Made by a program: the position numbers and the translations under genes
Virus record (IMG/VR): IMGVR_UViG_3300029604_000306
DNA from: a virus
Taxonomy: Duplodnaviria; Heunggongvirae; Uroviricota; Caudoviricetes
DNA: 64,000 bases
Strand: one strand, 5' to 3'
Shown: one piece after another, positions 47,844 through 57,956 of the stretch
Layout: the number at the start of each line of letters is the position of its first letter
Position numbering within the stretch: position 1 is the stretch's first letter
The notes under the pieces: generated by a model
Databases searched by the model: none
What the model saw: only the letters and a program-made list of their open reading frames with translations
Told to the model about the DNA's origin: nothing

Positions 47844-49340
47844 TTAAGATGGATTTTCTATCCAATTGGCTTTTAGAGTTTTTGTTTCTGACATATGAAT
47901 TTCCGTTGTTTGTTTCGTTTCATAGCCATCATCGTAAACAGTTGTCCACTTATCGAATCTGCTGCCGTCATTCTCTGGCTTTGAGATATTATCAATTGAT
48001 AGCGTCATCCCCGCCGGAATCTGCATCGTATATTTTTCAACTCCACCTTTATCTGGGAATGTACCGCCGTTTGCGTCAACAGTCAACGTAAACTTCTGGT
48101 CCGGGTCTTTGGCGAAAATCTGCACCCAGTAAATGACTCCATCTTTTTTGTAGCAGCCTACTCCAATATGAGTAGCACCGCTGTCTGCCATAGTAACATA
48201 ATGTCCAGGGCTATTTACGACGCCATTGACAAATTCTTTTGGAGTTCTAAAGCCTACAGCGATATTTTCCCCACGAATATTTCCAGCACCGGATTCATGA
48301 TAAGCTGTGTTCGCATTCGTTCCATCTGGCCTGGTGTGGCTATATTTAACAAGTGCACATTCCTTCGCTCTTACCGCCGCTCCTTTATCAAGCGCTGCGT
48401 TCTCCTGCACCGGATTTTTCCCGGCTTTTTGTCTCTCAATGTTCGTCAATCGTATGACTTCCTTGATGAATTTCTCTGTATTGAGCGGGGTTTCTGTTGG
48501 CTTTGGTGTAGCGGTTGGCTTTGGCTTCTGTGTCGGCTTTGGTGTTGCCGTAGGCTTCGGTCTCTGTGTCGGCTTCGGCGTTGCTGTCGGTGCAACTGTC
48601 GGAGTGGCGGTTGGCGTTGCAGCCGGTTTCTCCGGGATGACAACCTGCATTCCTGTTTTGCTATAACTGCCGTAAGTCTTAAACGTCTTATTATATCCCC
48701 TTACCATATAGTAGTAAGTTTTTCCGGCTTCAACCGGGTATTTGCGGCTGGACTTGTGAACGTATTTCAGGGTCTTTGAACTGACGTTCGCAATCCTGGT
48801 CCACTTCGTGGTGTCAGCGGAGCGGTAATAAACCAGGTAGTTCGTAGCATTGATGGATTTTGCCCAAGTAACAGTAGTCTGCTTATAGTTGTTCGCTTTC
48901 ACGCGGGTTTTTACAATAGACGGTACGGCCGGAATAGTGACGGTCTTGCCTTTCTTGTCGTAAGAACTCCATTTCCTGCCGTACTTGTTGTATGCCCTAA
49001 CGGTATAGGTATATTTCTTACCACCCTTGAGCGGATGCTTCCTGGAAGATTTGTGAGTGTACTTCAGATTTTTACTGCTGATAGTTGCCAGCGTGGTCCA
49101 CTTCTTCGCACCGGCCTGTTTGTAATAAATCCGGTAAGAAGTGGCATACTTGGACTTCTTCCAGGTGACCGTTGCGGAATTCTTGGTCGCGGTCACTTTC
49201 GTAATCGCCGGTCTTGCGGGCGTTCGCTTGGAAGCGGCTTCGGCTGGACTCTGAATCATCATGGGCACGATTAATAAGATAGCCATGATGAGAGTCAGAA
49301 AGCTATAAAACAGCTTCCGTTTGTCTATTTTTCTTGTCAT
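47844..49340 (-). CDS. secreted FN3 + CAP (SCP) domain protein with a PT-rich linker
   Basis: Two FN3-like repeats, TPKPT linker, VIRLTNIER..HTRPDG..GENIA..SPGH, DANGG B-repeat. Confidence 0.85.
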   Translation of the reverse strand: MTRKIDKRKLFYSFLTLIMAILLIVPMMIQSPAEAASKRTPARPAITKVTATKNSATVTWKKSKYATSYRIYYKQAGAKKWTTLATISSKNLKYTHKSSRKHPLKGGKKYTYTVRAYNKYGRKWSSYDKKGKTVTIPAVPSIVKTRVKANNYKQTTVTWAKSINATNYLVYYRSADTTKWTRIANVSSKTLKYVHKSSRKYPVEAGKTYYYMVRGYNKTFKTYGSYSKTGMQVVIPEKPAATPTATPTVAPTATPKPTQRPKPTATPKPTQKPKPTATPKPTETPLNTEKFIKEVIRLTNIERQKAGKNPVQENAALDKGAAVRAKECALVKYSHTRPDGTNANTAYHESGAGNIRGENIAVGFRTPKEFVNGVVNSPGHYVTMADSGATHIGVGCYKKDGVIYWVQIFAKDPDQKFTLTVDANGGTFPDKGGVEKYTMQIPAGMTLSIDNISKPENDGSRFDKWTTVYDDGYETKQTTEIHMSETKTLKANWIENPS

Positions 49341-49637
49341 AAATACTTATCCCTCCTTGATGATTTTTTCTTTATTTGCTTATATTTTACTATAGGAATT
49401 AGTGGTTTGCAAATGTTTTATGACATGTATAATATGCTGAAAAATAAGCCGCAAAAAAAATAAAAGGAAATTAAAAAGATGGTTGCTTCTGATTTTTATT
49501 TTTAAATAAAATTGTATTTTTGGTATAAATATGTTATATTTTGCATAAGGAAAGTCATAACAGAAAAGGCGGCAAGCCCCTCCTTTACAGGAGGGCAGAA
49601 AATGCCCTCTAAGTTTTTACACAAGGAGGGTTTTAAA

Positions 49638-49727
49638 ATGTCATATCAAGATTTCTTACAAACATTACAATTTATGCTTGATTTTTTAAAGACAATATAT
49701 GATGTAAATAAAGACAAAGAAAGGTAG
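49638..49727 (+). CDS. putative type I toxin peptide (29 aa, MSYQDFLQ...DKER)
   Basis: AGGAGGG RBS; sense TTGTAT-17-TATATT and antisense TTGAAA-17-TATAAT (49806-49834); hairpin TAGCCGCC..GGCGGCTA. Confidence 0.65.
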   Translation: MSYQDFLQTLQFMLDFLKTIYDVNKDKER

Positions 49728-50270
49728 CCGCCCCTATCCCCATAGTTGGCGGCTATACGTCACAGATAAAGGGGTTTGCCGCTGTCGTGGCTTTCCCTTT
49801 TCTTTATTATAACATATTCTTTAAGAAGTTTCAAGATGTTACTATTTCTTAAAAGCCATCTAATAGCTTAATCTTCGAGTTGTCTTGCTATCCCATGTTC
49901 ACCTTTCCGGCTTCTCAATATCAGGCATCAGTTCTTCTGCCATACGCAGTAAGTCTTGGTTTTTCTTAGTTTTGCGATGTTCCTTCATTTTTTCAGAACA
50001 TAGTAAATTCGGGAATCTGGTGTCGTTAATATATATTTTGTTGTCTTTGAGCTGGACAAAACCAACAGGATTGTCTTGGCTCTCCAGTTTGTTACTTACA
50101 AGAGTAAGGGTCATGCTTTTCTGAATTTCGTCGTCAATGATTTCACTTATTATGATAAATATGGAGAATTACCACCAGCTATGTTGCTTCTTTCTTGTTT
50201 TTTTTATTTTTTTTATTTGTCATATTGGTAATAAATAAAGAACTGCCAAGTGGCAAAGGAGATAACGAAT

Positions 50271-51290
50271 ATGAGAGTAAAAGAAAACGCAAAAAAAACT
50301 ATGTTTGCTATTATGCTTTTGATTATAGTATTTTTTATGACTGTCCCAGTGCATGCTGCGACTAGGTATATTGCAAGCATTTCTAGAACACCGATTTCTG
50401 TATATACCGGAAACTCTACCACAATAAAACTAAAGAACCCGGCAAAGGGAGAGAGGGTGACATGGACCTCAATAAATAGTAAAATTGCGATAGTTTCCAA
50501 AGCAGGAAAAGTAACAGGAAAAAAAGCAGGGACTACAAAAATCAAAGCAAGAAGCAAAAGCCGGTCCTACACTTATACCGTAAATGTAAAAAGTAAGCCA
50601 AAGATTAATTACACATCAAAAAAAGTGGAAGTTGGGGATTCCTTCAAACTGAAGCTTCTGAATACGGCAGGTGGACGGAACTGGGTGAGTAGTAACAAAA
50701 AGATTGCAACAGTAAGTTCGTCAGGGAATGTTACTGGTTATAACGTAGGAGTCGTAAAAATATCTACAAAATATGAAGGTATTACATATGCTTGTAAAGT
50801 GACCGTAAAAAAGAGCTCGAAAAGTCTTGTAAGAAAGGCTGCGCCGATGGCGAATGAATGTGTACTAAAGGCATTTGAAGACTTGGATTTTAAGTTAATA
50901 TATGATGGCTCAGTTTCTTATGCGGGATATTTTTCAGCTTTAAATCAAAGTATTACGCTTCAGGGTGTAGACGATACTGTATACCATGAATTAGGGCATT
51001 TCCTCGCATGGATAGCCGGAAATGTAGATAAAAGAAGTGAATTCGCAACAATTTATAAGTCTGAAAAAGAAAAATATACAGGAGTAAGAAAAGCATATGT
51101 AACACAAAATGCTTCAGAATATTTTGCGGAGTCTTACAGGGATTATATTTTGAGTGGGTCAAACCTGAAAAAGAGCAGGCCTAAAACATATGCATATGTA
51201 AGAAATGCGATTCAAGTCATTCAGAATTCACCAGACAGAATTACAAAGATTAAAAATGTATATAAGGTGATATGGAAAAAAAATGGTTAA
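50271..51290 (+). CDS. secreted Ig-like (Big_2) + HExxH zinc metallopeptidase protein
   Basis: WTSINSKIAIVS..GKVT Big_2 repeats; YHELGH..EYFAE. Confidence 0.8.
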   Translation: MRVKENAKKTMFAIMLLIIVFFMTVPVHAATRYIASISRTPISVYTGNSTTIKLKNPAKGERVTWTSINSKIAIVSKAGKVTGKKAGTTKIKARSKSRSYTYTVNVKSKPKINYTSKKVEVGDSFKLKLLNTAGGRNWVSSNKKIATVSSSGNVTGYNVGVVKISTKYEGITYACKVTVKKSSKSLVRKAAPMANECVLKAFEDLDFKLIYDGSVSYAGYFSALNQSITLQGVDDTVYHELGHFLAWIAGNVDKRSEFATIYKSEKEKYTGVRKAYVTQNASEYFAESYRDYILSGSNLKKSRPKTYAYVRNAIQVIQNSPDRITKIKNVYKVIWKKNG

Positions 51291-51390
51291 TAACTCACGA
51301 CTAAAGTGCGAGTTAAAAAAGTTCCATTTAAGTCTGGCCGGAATTTTCCGGCCATTTTTCGTGCAAAAAAATAAAAATATTCAGCATATT

Positions 51391-51634
51391 AACGAAGGGC
51401 GAAAATCCCCGGCCAAGCAATTGTCCGCGGGTAATAACTATTCTTTAACTTCGTGCGTGGGTTCGAATTCCCGCCCGAAATACGCGTCGCTAAGCCCTCC
51501 GGCTTCGCTTGCCGCACTTCGTGCTGGTTATATTTATTCTGGTAACGAAGGCGTAAGCCTGAGTTATCACGAGCCGGAACGGCGAGTTATCATTTTTAAT
51601 CTGGTAACGAGTCCTGTAAAGCAGGCGAGTTATC
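51391..51634 (+). mobile_element. mini-element family I (51391-51591) plus two short end-only insertions (51530-51568 nested, 51592-51634 adjacent)
   Basis: Three GAGTTATC ends; inserted in GCATATT|AAAT. Confidence 0.75.
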
Positions 51635-51714
51635 AAATGCATAAGCGGGAAGATACTTAAAACGGGCCGAAAACGATGACAAAAAAACAATCAATAATAA
51701 GGAGGAATTAAATA

Positions 51715-52711
51715 ATGAAAAATATAATGAGAAACAAAGAAGTAAAATTATTTGCAGTTATATTTGCTGTATTTATAGCGTCAATGATGCTGTTTGCAAC
51801 AACAACACATGCTGCAACAATAACAACAAAAAATATGCCTTCAAAAAGCGTTTGTGTCGGAAGTTCAAAGACACTGGCAAAGCCAAATGTGAGTGGGTTC
51901 AAATGGAAGGCAATAAATAATACATATTATACTCTTACCACCGCCGGAAAACTTACAGGAAAGAAAGTAGGAACCGCAAGCTTTTCAGTCACATGCAAAA
52001 ATGTAAAATATGTATATAAAGTAACTGTAAAAAATAGGCCAAAATTAAATTGTACGAGTAAAACGATAAGGGTAACTGAAAAGCTAAACCTGAAAGTATT
52101 AAATGCCGGAAACTCTACGGTAATATGGACTTACAAAAATCCTAAGGTAGTATACGACGGTGTTGGATATGGACCGGGAACCACAACTGCAACAGCAAGA
52201 TGTGCAGGCGTGACAATGACATGCAAGGTCACAGTCAAAGACTATAATGGAAGCCTGGCAAAAAAGATGGCGCCAAAAGCGAATGCAAATGTTCTATCTG
52301 CTTTTGATAAACTTGGATTCAAAATAAAGTATGACCCGACAGTCAACTACGGTGGATGCTTTAATGCACATGAAAGAACTATCACACTTAGGTTTGTGGG
52401 CGATAATACTATCTACCATGAGATGGGACATTTCCTTGCTTTTGTTGCCGGAAACGTAGATAGGTCAAGTGACTTTGCTGCAATTTATAATTAATAGTGA
52501 AAAGTCTAAATTTACAGGTATCAATAGAAGTTATGCAACACAGAACGCAACTGAGTATTTTGCTGAGTCCTATCATGATTATATTTTACAGCCAACAGAA
52601 ACAAAGAAGAAGCTGCCTAAAACCTGCAGTGCTATATCAGATGCAGTTAAAAAAGTAACGCCTACACGTGTTGCAAGAGTTAAAGAAATCTACGGACCGT
52701 TCTGGAAATAA
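51715..52711 (+). pseudogene. frameshifted paralog of the Ig-like metallopeptidase
   Basis: YHEMGH in 51715..52494 and EYFAE in 52469..52711; TAAT duplication near 52488-52495. Confidence 0.75.
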
Positions 52712-52988
52712 AGATACAATTGCCGCTGAAGCTGATAGATAGAAAGCCGCGGCCAATCTTTTTGTCATCTTATATTTCGCGCTCAATGTCCGACGCTTAT
52801 GCTACTAGACAAATTCAAAAAATATGAGAGCAGCACGACTTTGCTATTTTATGCCTGGTCTAGACATCGTCTTGTTGTCCAGGCCACCCAAACCGGCAGA
52901 AATGCCGGTTTCTTTGTTTCAGCCGTTAAATTTTTCAGCATATTAAAAAGGTAAAAAAATTATTAAAAACAAGAAGGGAGAATTTTTT

Positions 52989-53972
52989 ATGAAACTTAAA
53001 GAAATCAAACCAAATGGAATCGGGACTGTTGAATGTGTGATTGTTACCATCGAAGAAAAGACAAACCGAAATAATGGTACATTTCTGAACATCGGAGTCA
53101 GCGACGGTGAATCTCAGGTCATTGCCAAAAAATGGAATGAAAAAGCAGAGACATTTATGTTTAAGCCAGGACAGGCAGTTTTGATTGAAGTAAAAATGGA
53201 AGAATATAAAGGTGAGCCGAGTTATATCATCCGTGAAATTACGGAATCTTCGGCCGACCCGTCTTTGTTCATTTGCGGTGCACCGCTGAAGTCTGAATAT
53301 ATGTATAACTTCTTATACAAGACAGCCGGAAGATGCGGCGTGTACGCCTCAACAGTTAAAAAAATCCTTGCGGAGAATAAGGATAAGCTCATGATTTGGG
53401 GTGCCGGCAGGTCTATCCATCATAATATCCGTGGCGGTCTTTTGTATCATACATACCGTATGACCAAAATGGCAGCATATACAACTTCTGTATATAACAA
53501 GGAGCCTTCAATGTTGAAGGATTGCCGTGACATCAACACAGAACTGTTAGTAGCCGGGACTATCCTCCATGACATTGGAAAGCTTTTTGAGCTGGACACA
53601 AATGAGTTTGGTGCCTCAGAATATACAGTTAAAGGCATATTGATGGGACATGCTTTCCTTGGTGCTGAACTGGCAGGCAGAGTAGCAAGAGAGGAGGGCC
53701 TGAACGAAGAGGATATCATGCTCTTACAGCACTTGATTCTTTCTCATCATGGCAAACATGAGTATGAAGCAGTAACGGTTCCGGCAATTCCGGAAGCATT
53801 GGTACTTCATCACATTGACATGATTGATTCTTATATGTATCAGTTTGAGACACAGGCGGAAGGACTGAAACCCGGCGAAATGTCAGGCAAGGTATTCGGG
53901 CTTGACCAGAGGGTATACAGACCGACTTGGAGAGTGCCTCAGAAAAAAGAGGAAGGCGAAGAAAAAAAATAA
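52989..53972 (+). CDS. YhaM-like OB-fold + HD-domain 3'-5' exonuclease
   Basis: HHNIRGGLLYHT, LHDIGK, GH, ILSHHG, D.IDS. Confidence 0.88.
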   Translation: MKLKEIKPNGIGTVECVIVTIEEKTNRNNGTFLNIGVSDGESQVIAKKWNEKAETFMFKPGQAVLIEVKMEEYKGEPSYIIREITESSADPSLFICGAPLKSEYMYNFLYKTAGRCGVYASTVKKILAENKDKLMIWGAGRSIHHNIRGGLLYHTYRMTKMAAYTTSVYNKEPSMLKDCRDINTELLVAGTILHDIGKLFELDTNEFGASEYTVKGILMGHAFLGAELAGRVAREEGLNEEDIMLLQHLILSHHGKHEYEAVTVPAIPEALVLHHIDMIDSYMYQFETQAEGLKPGEMSGKVFGLDQRVYRPTWRVPQKKEEGEEKK

Positions 53973-54101
53973 GTTTTATGGAGATTGCCCGCAGCGGATG
54001 CTGCGGGTTTTTTGTTCGGAGACTGCTGAACGCTGTACTAAGATAAAAAGAGCAGGAAAGATTTCCCGCTCTTTTTGTCTTGCGTTAACGATGTTTCGTT
54101 T

Positions 54102-54944
54102 TTAGTTTGTTTCTCTTTTGAAATCGATTTCGGATTTAATTTCCTCAACGTACGTTTCGTCGAGGTCAGTTTCTTTCGCGATTTCTTCGACTGATAAGCC
54201 ATGATTAAGTAATATACCAATATATTTTAAATCGGCTTCACGTTTAGTCTCTTCTAACATTGCATACATTTTATGCACCCCTTCCGGATTAGATTTGTAA
54301 TATCTTAATGCCTCGGCAAGAACAGGATTTTTAATATCGTCAGGATTTGGGTTGGTCCAATCTCTGATAAACTGTCCAAGTTCTGAGTCATTGGTTGCGG
54401 CGGCAAGATTTACGATGATTTCTTCTTCGCCGGAATTGATGACATTTCCAGACATTAAGTCTACTTTTTTAATATGCTGAATCATCGGGTCGTTGGAATT
54501 AAAATCTTTTTCGGTTAAGACTATTATACACCTATTTGGTAATTCTGCAAAGTCCTGACCGGTTTTTAATATACTGGTGTCAAGCATTGAGCCGTAATAG
54601 CGGTCTCTATGATAGATGCCATTCTGTTTGTAACACTGTGGCTCAATTCCATATATAGTATTGTCTTCAGGGCAAAAGCCTTTAAAATCTCCGATGATAT
54701 TGCGTCCACGGTTCCAATTCTTGAGAGAATATTGGGTTTCAGATGTACTTAACTTGATATCTGAAGATTTTGTTTTATCTTTGTTTGTTGCATTCCTTAC
54801 AACATTAATGATTGCCTCTGCGATTTTCTTATCCTGTAATACCATGCTAGATATTGCGTCCGTATTCAAAGAGGCCTTCTCTAATTTTTCTTGAAATTTT
54901 TGAGGATACTTTCCTCCTTTCTCATAATCTAAATTATTTTGCAT
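54102..54944 (-). CDS. Rpn-family PD-(D/E)XK nuclease / putative transposase
   Basis: D..IEPQ..RDRYYGSMLD..GQDFAELP..IVLTEKD; C-terminal EEIAKET motif. Confidence 0.7.
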   Translation of the reverse strand: MQNNLDYEKGGKYPQKFQEKLEKASLNTDAISSMVLQDKKIAEAIINVVRNATNKDKTKSSDIKLSTSETQYSLKNWNRGRNIIGDFKGFCPEDNTIYGIEPQCYKQNGIYHRDRYYGSMLDTSILKTGQDFAELPNRCIIVLTEKDFNSNDPMIQHIKKVDLMSGNVINSGEEEIIVNLAAATNDSELGQFIRDWTNPNPDDIKNPVLAEALRYYKSNPEGVHKMYAMLEETKREADLKYIGILLNHGLSVEEIAKETDLDETYVEEIKSEIDFKRETN

Positions 54945-55111
54945 ATTATTTACATCTCCATTAAATTAGTTATTTGTAGAAAACTAAAGGAGAGGAATAC
55001 TAAACAAATAAAACGCAAGACAAATATGTTTGGTTTCCTCTTCTTGATTTTCTACATATATAAAAAATGATGAATTAAAAAATTTATTAAAACTACGACA
55101 GGAGGAAAAAT

Positions 55112-55426
55112 ATGTATAAAGGAAAAGAAAATTACGAAACCGCAAAACACCTGATGGCAGGAGAAGAATGTATTGTAACCGGATATGGACAATCTATGAC
55201 ACCGATTTTAAAATCCGGGCAGGCGGTGAGATGTGTTCCGGTGACAGAAGAAACAATATTAAAGAAAAATGATATTGTATTATGCAAAGTTGCAGGGCAT
55301 TTTTATCTGCATAAGATTTCTGCAATCAAAGGTGGAAGGACATTTCAGATTTCCAACAATCACGGACATGTAAATGGATGGATTGGAAAGAAATGTATCT
55401 ATGGTTTAGTAGTTGAAAAATTTTAA
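55112..55426 (+). CDS. S24/S26 peptidase-like small protein
   Basis: GQSMTPILKSG..DIVLC..LHKI. Confidence 0.65.
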   Translation: MYKGKENYETAKHLMAGEECIVTGYGQSMTPILKSGQAVRCVPVTEETILKKNDIVLCKVAGHFYLHKISAIKGGRTFQISNNHGHVNGWIGKKCIYGLVVEKF

Positions 55427-55750
55427 GGTAGACGGAGCGAAGGCTCTGTTTTTTATTACATATTTTTTTTGTCATAATATAATTGAATAACTTAAAGTTT
55501 GACTAAGAGAGGAAACTGATTGCTGGAGTTTTCTCTCTTTATTCCCCTAAGCGCAAAAATGGGGGCGCTATTAAATAGATTTACTTTCTTTGTACTCGTC
55601 ATATGTTTTGCCGCATATGACGATAGAGATAAATTTCCTCCTAAGCAAAGACATCACCTTTGTGTGATGTCTTTTTTTGCGGCAAAAAAATCCGCAAAAT
55701 TTGACATTTTTGTTGGCTGTGATATATTACAAAAAAAGGAGGCAAAGAGT

Positions 55751-56209
55751 ATGAGTAAGATAGTAGATTCTCACAATGCGAATGTTTGCTGCCAGAAATT
55801 GTATTCAGTGTGGTCCTCAGAAAAAATCGCGACACCGATACGAAAAGAAATGAAAAACAGCCATTTGACGATTCGTGCTTTGCAGTTGAAGATTGCAAGG
55901 AATATAGATAGACAGGGAATACCTAAGGATTCAAAGATAGTTCCGTTTGCAGGGAAAAATGAAACAGAGATAATAAAGGCCATGCAGCAGTCATACGCTG
56001 ACCGGGACTTGATTTTGCAAGTAAGAAGAAAGAAAACTAGTAAAGAAGATATAAAAAAACTGCGTTCAGGGTTGGAGAATCTACAGATGAATGCAGACTG
56101 TGACCGTGATTTGTATTTGACTTCTTATAATGCTGGATATATGCTGAAAACATTGGAAAAAAAATTATACGAAAAAGAAGAAATGGAAGAGGAGCCGTTT
56201 GGCTTGTAG
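55751..56209 (+). CDS. hypothetical protein
   Basis: AGGAGG RBS; TTGACA promoter near 55701; terminator after the stop. Confidence 0.6.
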   Translation: MSKIVDSHNANVCCQKLYSVWSSEKIATPIRKEMKNSHLTIRALQLKIARNIDRQGIPKDSKIVPFAGKNETEIIKAMQQSYADRDLILQVRRKKTSKEDIKKLRSGLENLQMNADCDRDLYLTSYNAGYMLKTLEKKLYEKEEMEEEPFGL

Positions 56210-56299
56210 GAAATGCAGCGCAGAAATGCGCTGCATTTTTGTCCGTGAAGAATCTGGCATACTGTAAATGAAAAATATAAAAAAAAGAAAGGAATAAAT

Positions 56300-56965
56300 A
56301 TGGAAATTAAATGTACAAAAAAGTGCGAAAAAGAGTATCCGAAAAGGCTTCTGAAAATGGAAAATGCACCGAATAAGTTGTATTATCTTGGAGATATTTT
56401 GTTGCTGGACAAAAATATCGTTGCGCTGATTGGAAAACGTGACGTGTCGGAAAAAGTAATAAAAACGACGAAAAGATGTGGTGAGATTCTGGCTGAGTGT
56501 GGCACAGTAGTTCTGAATGGGCTTGCGATTGGATGCGATACAGCGGGCTTGGAAGGCGCATTAACAGCAGGCGGGAAATGTATTGCTGTCATGCCGTGTG
56601 GTTTGGACTATGTATATCCAAAATGCAACGAAGCATTGTTAAAAAAGATTTTACAAAATGGCGGATGCATTGTCAGCGAATACGAAGCGGGCACGAGACC
56701 GGAAAGATGGCGATTCGTGGCACGCGACAGAATCCAGGCAATGCTGTCTGATAAGATTGTTGTGGTGGAATGCGAAGAAAAGAGCGGGACTATGCACACC
56801 GTGAAAGCGGGTATGGAATATGAAAAATCGTTGGCTTGCATTGTTCGTGCGAAGGAGCCAGTACTGCCGTCAGGGAACATATGGATGTTAAAAAACGGAG
56901 CAGCAGGCCTGAAAGGCGAAAATGCGTTAAGGAAATTTGTAAACGGTGCGACTGAAATGATGTAA
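56300..56965 (+). CDS. dprA: DprA/Smf DNA-processing protein (core domain only)
   Basis: YPKRL..P..LYYLG, GLAIGCD, FVARDRIQA, VVE..KSGTMHT. Confidence 0.85.
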   Translation: MEIKCTKKCEKEYPKRLLKMENAPNKLYYLGDILLLDKNIVALIGKRDVSEKVIKTTKRCGEILAECGTVVLNGLAIGCDTAGLEGALTAGGKCIAVMPCGLDYVYPKCNEALLKKILQNGGCIVSEYEAGTRPERWRFVARDRIQAMLSDKIVVVECEEKSGTMHTVKAGMEYEKSLACIVRAKEPVLPSGNIWMLKNGAAGLKGENALRKFVNGATEMM

Positions 56966-57171
56966 AAAAAATAGAATGTTCTGTCGCTTTTTTTAAAACA
57001 GAAAATCCTGCATATTGTAAAAGTAAAGAAGGCAACCGAAGAGAGAACTTCCGGGACCTTCTTTTTTTTGGCCTAAAACGAGAACAAAGAGGAGACTATA
57101 TTGGAGTTTCATTTTTAGAAGTTTCAGGCATATTAAAAATGCAACATAAAAAAAGAAAGGAGATGTTTTGT

Positions 57172-57732
57172 ATGATGAATAATGAAAATTGCTCAGATAT
57201 CTCTTTAAGATATCACGATATTACAACCGAAGATATGAAAAACGGTGATGGGCTTAGAACGGTCCTTTGGTTGGCTGGCTGTGAGCATCATTGTCCGGAA
57301 TGCCAGAATCCGATAACATGGGACCGGTTTGGAGGTATTCCATTTGATAAGGCTGCAGAAGACGAATTAATGGAATCACTGAAACCGGATTATGTTTCGG
57401 GAATCACTTTCAGTGGAGGCGACCCGTTGGCGACTTACAATCGTCCAGGTGTAGCAAAACTTATTGCCAAGATTAAAAATTCAAAAGAACTGGCACAAAA
57501 ATCCATTTGGATTTATACAGGCTACACATGGGAACAGCTGCTGCATCAGTTAAAAACAGGGCAAGACCATGACCTGATGTTTATTATTCTGAAAGCGGAT
57601 GTCATTGTGGAAGGACGGTATGAAAAAGATAAGCGCGATGTTACGCTAAAATGGCGCGGAAGCGCAAATCAGTGTGTAATTGACGTACAGAAATCTTTTC
57701 ATTCAGGGAAAGTTATTCTGCATTGCAATTGA
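57172..57732 (+). CDS. nrdG: anaerobic ribonucleotide reductase activase
   Basis: NGDGLRTVLW.AGCEHHCPECQN, GITFSGGDPL, WRGSANQ. Confidence 0.95.
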   Translation: MMNNENCSDISLRYHDITTEDMKNGDGLRTVLWLAGCEHHCPECQNPITWDRFGGIPFDKAAEDELMESLKPDYVSGITFSGGDPLATYNRPGVAKLIAKIKNSKELAQKSIWIYTGYTWEQLLHQLKTGQDHDLMFIILKADVIVEGRYEKDKRDVTLKWRGSANQCVIDVQKSFHSGKVILHCN

Positions 57733-57754
57733 TGTTGGTTGAAGGTGAGGAAAA

Positions 57755-57943
57755 ATGACATTAAGAGAGAGGGTAGTCCTCGTTAAAAAGTCTTTGGGTG
57801 ATATGCAACAGAAAGAATTTAACCAAATGCTTGAAAAGAACGGACATCAGCGGATAAAAGAAGCAGAAGATACTATATTTTGCAAAGTATTTTTTGAAAA
57901 AATGTCTGACGACTGTTCAAATAATGAAAATAGTGATACTTAA
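57755..57943 (+). CDS. small hypothetical protein
   Basis: GGTGAGG RBS; lies between nrdG and nrdD. Confidence 0.4.
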   Translation: MTLRERVVLVKKSLGDMQQKEFNQMLEKNGHQRIKEAEDTIFCKVFFEKMSDDCSNNENSDT

Positions 57944-57956
57944 GGAGGTAAAAGTT

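Noticed and set aside
54102..54944. Rpn nuclease as mobiliser of the mini-elements
   Set aside because: Not flanked by element ends; no supporting evidence.
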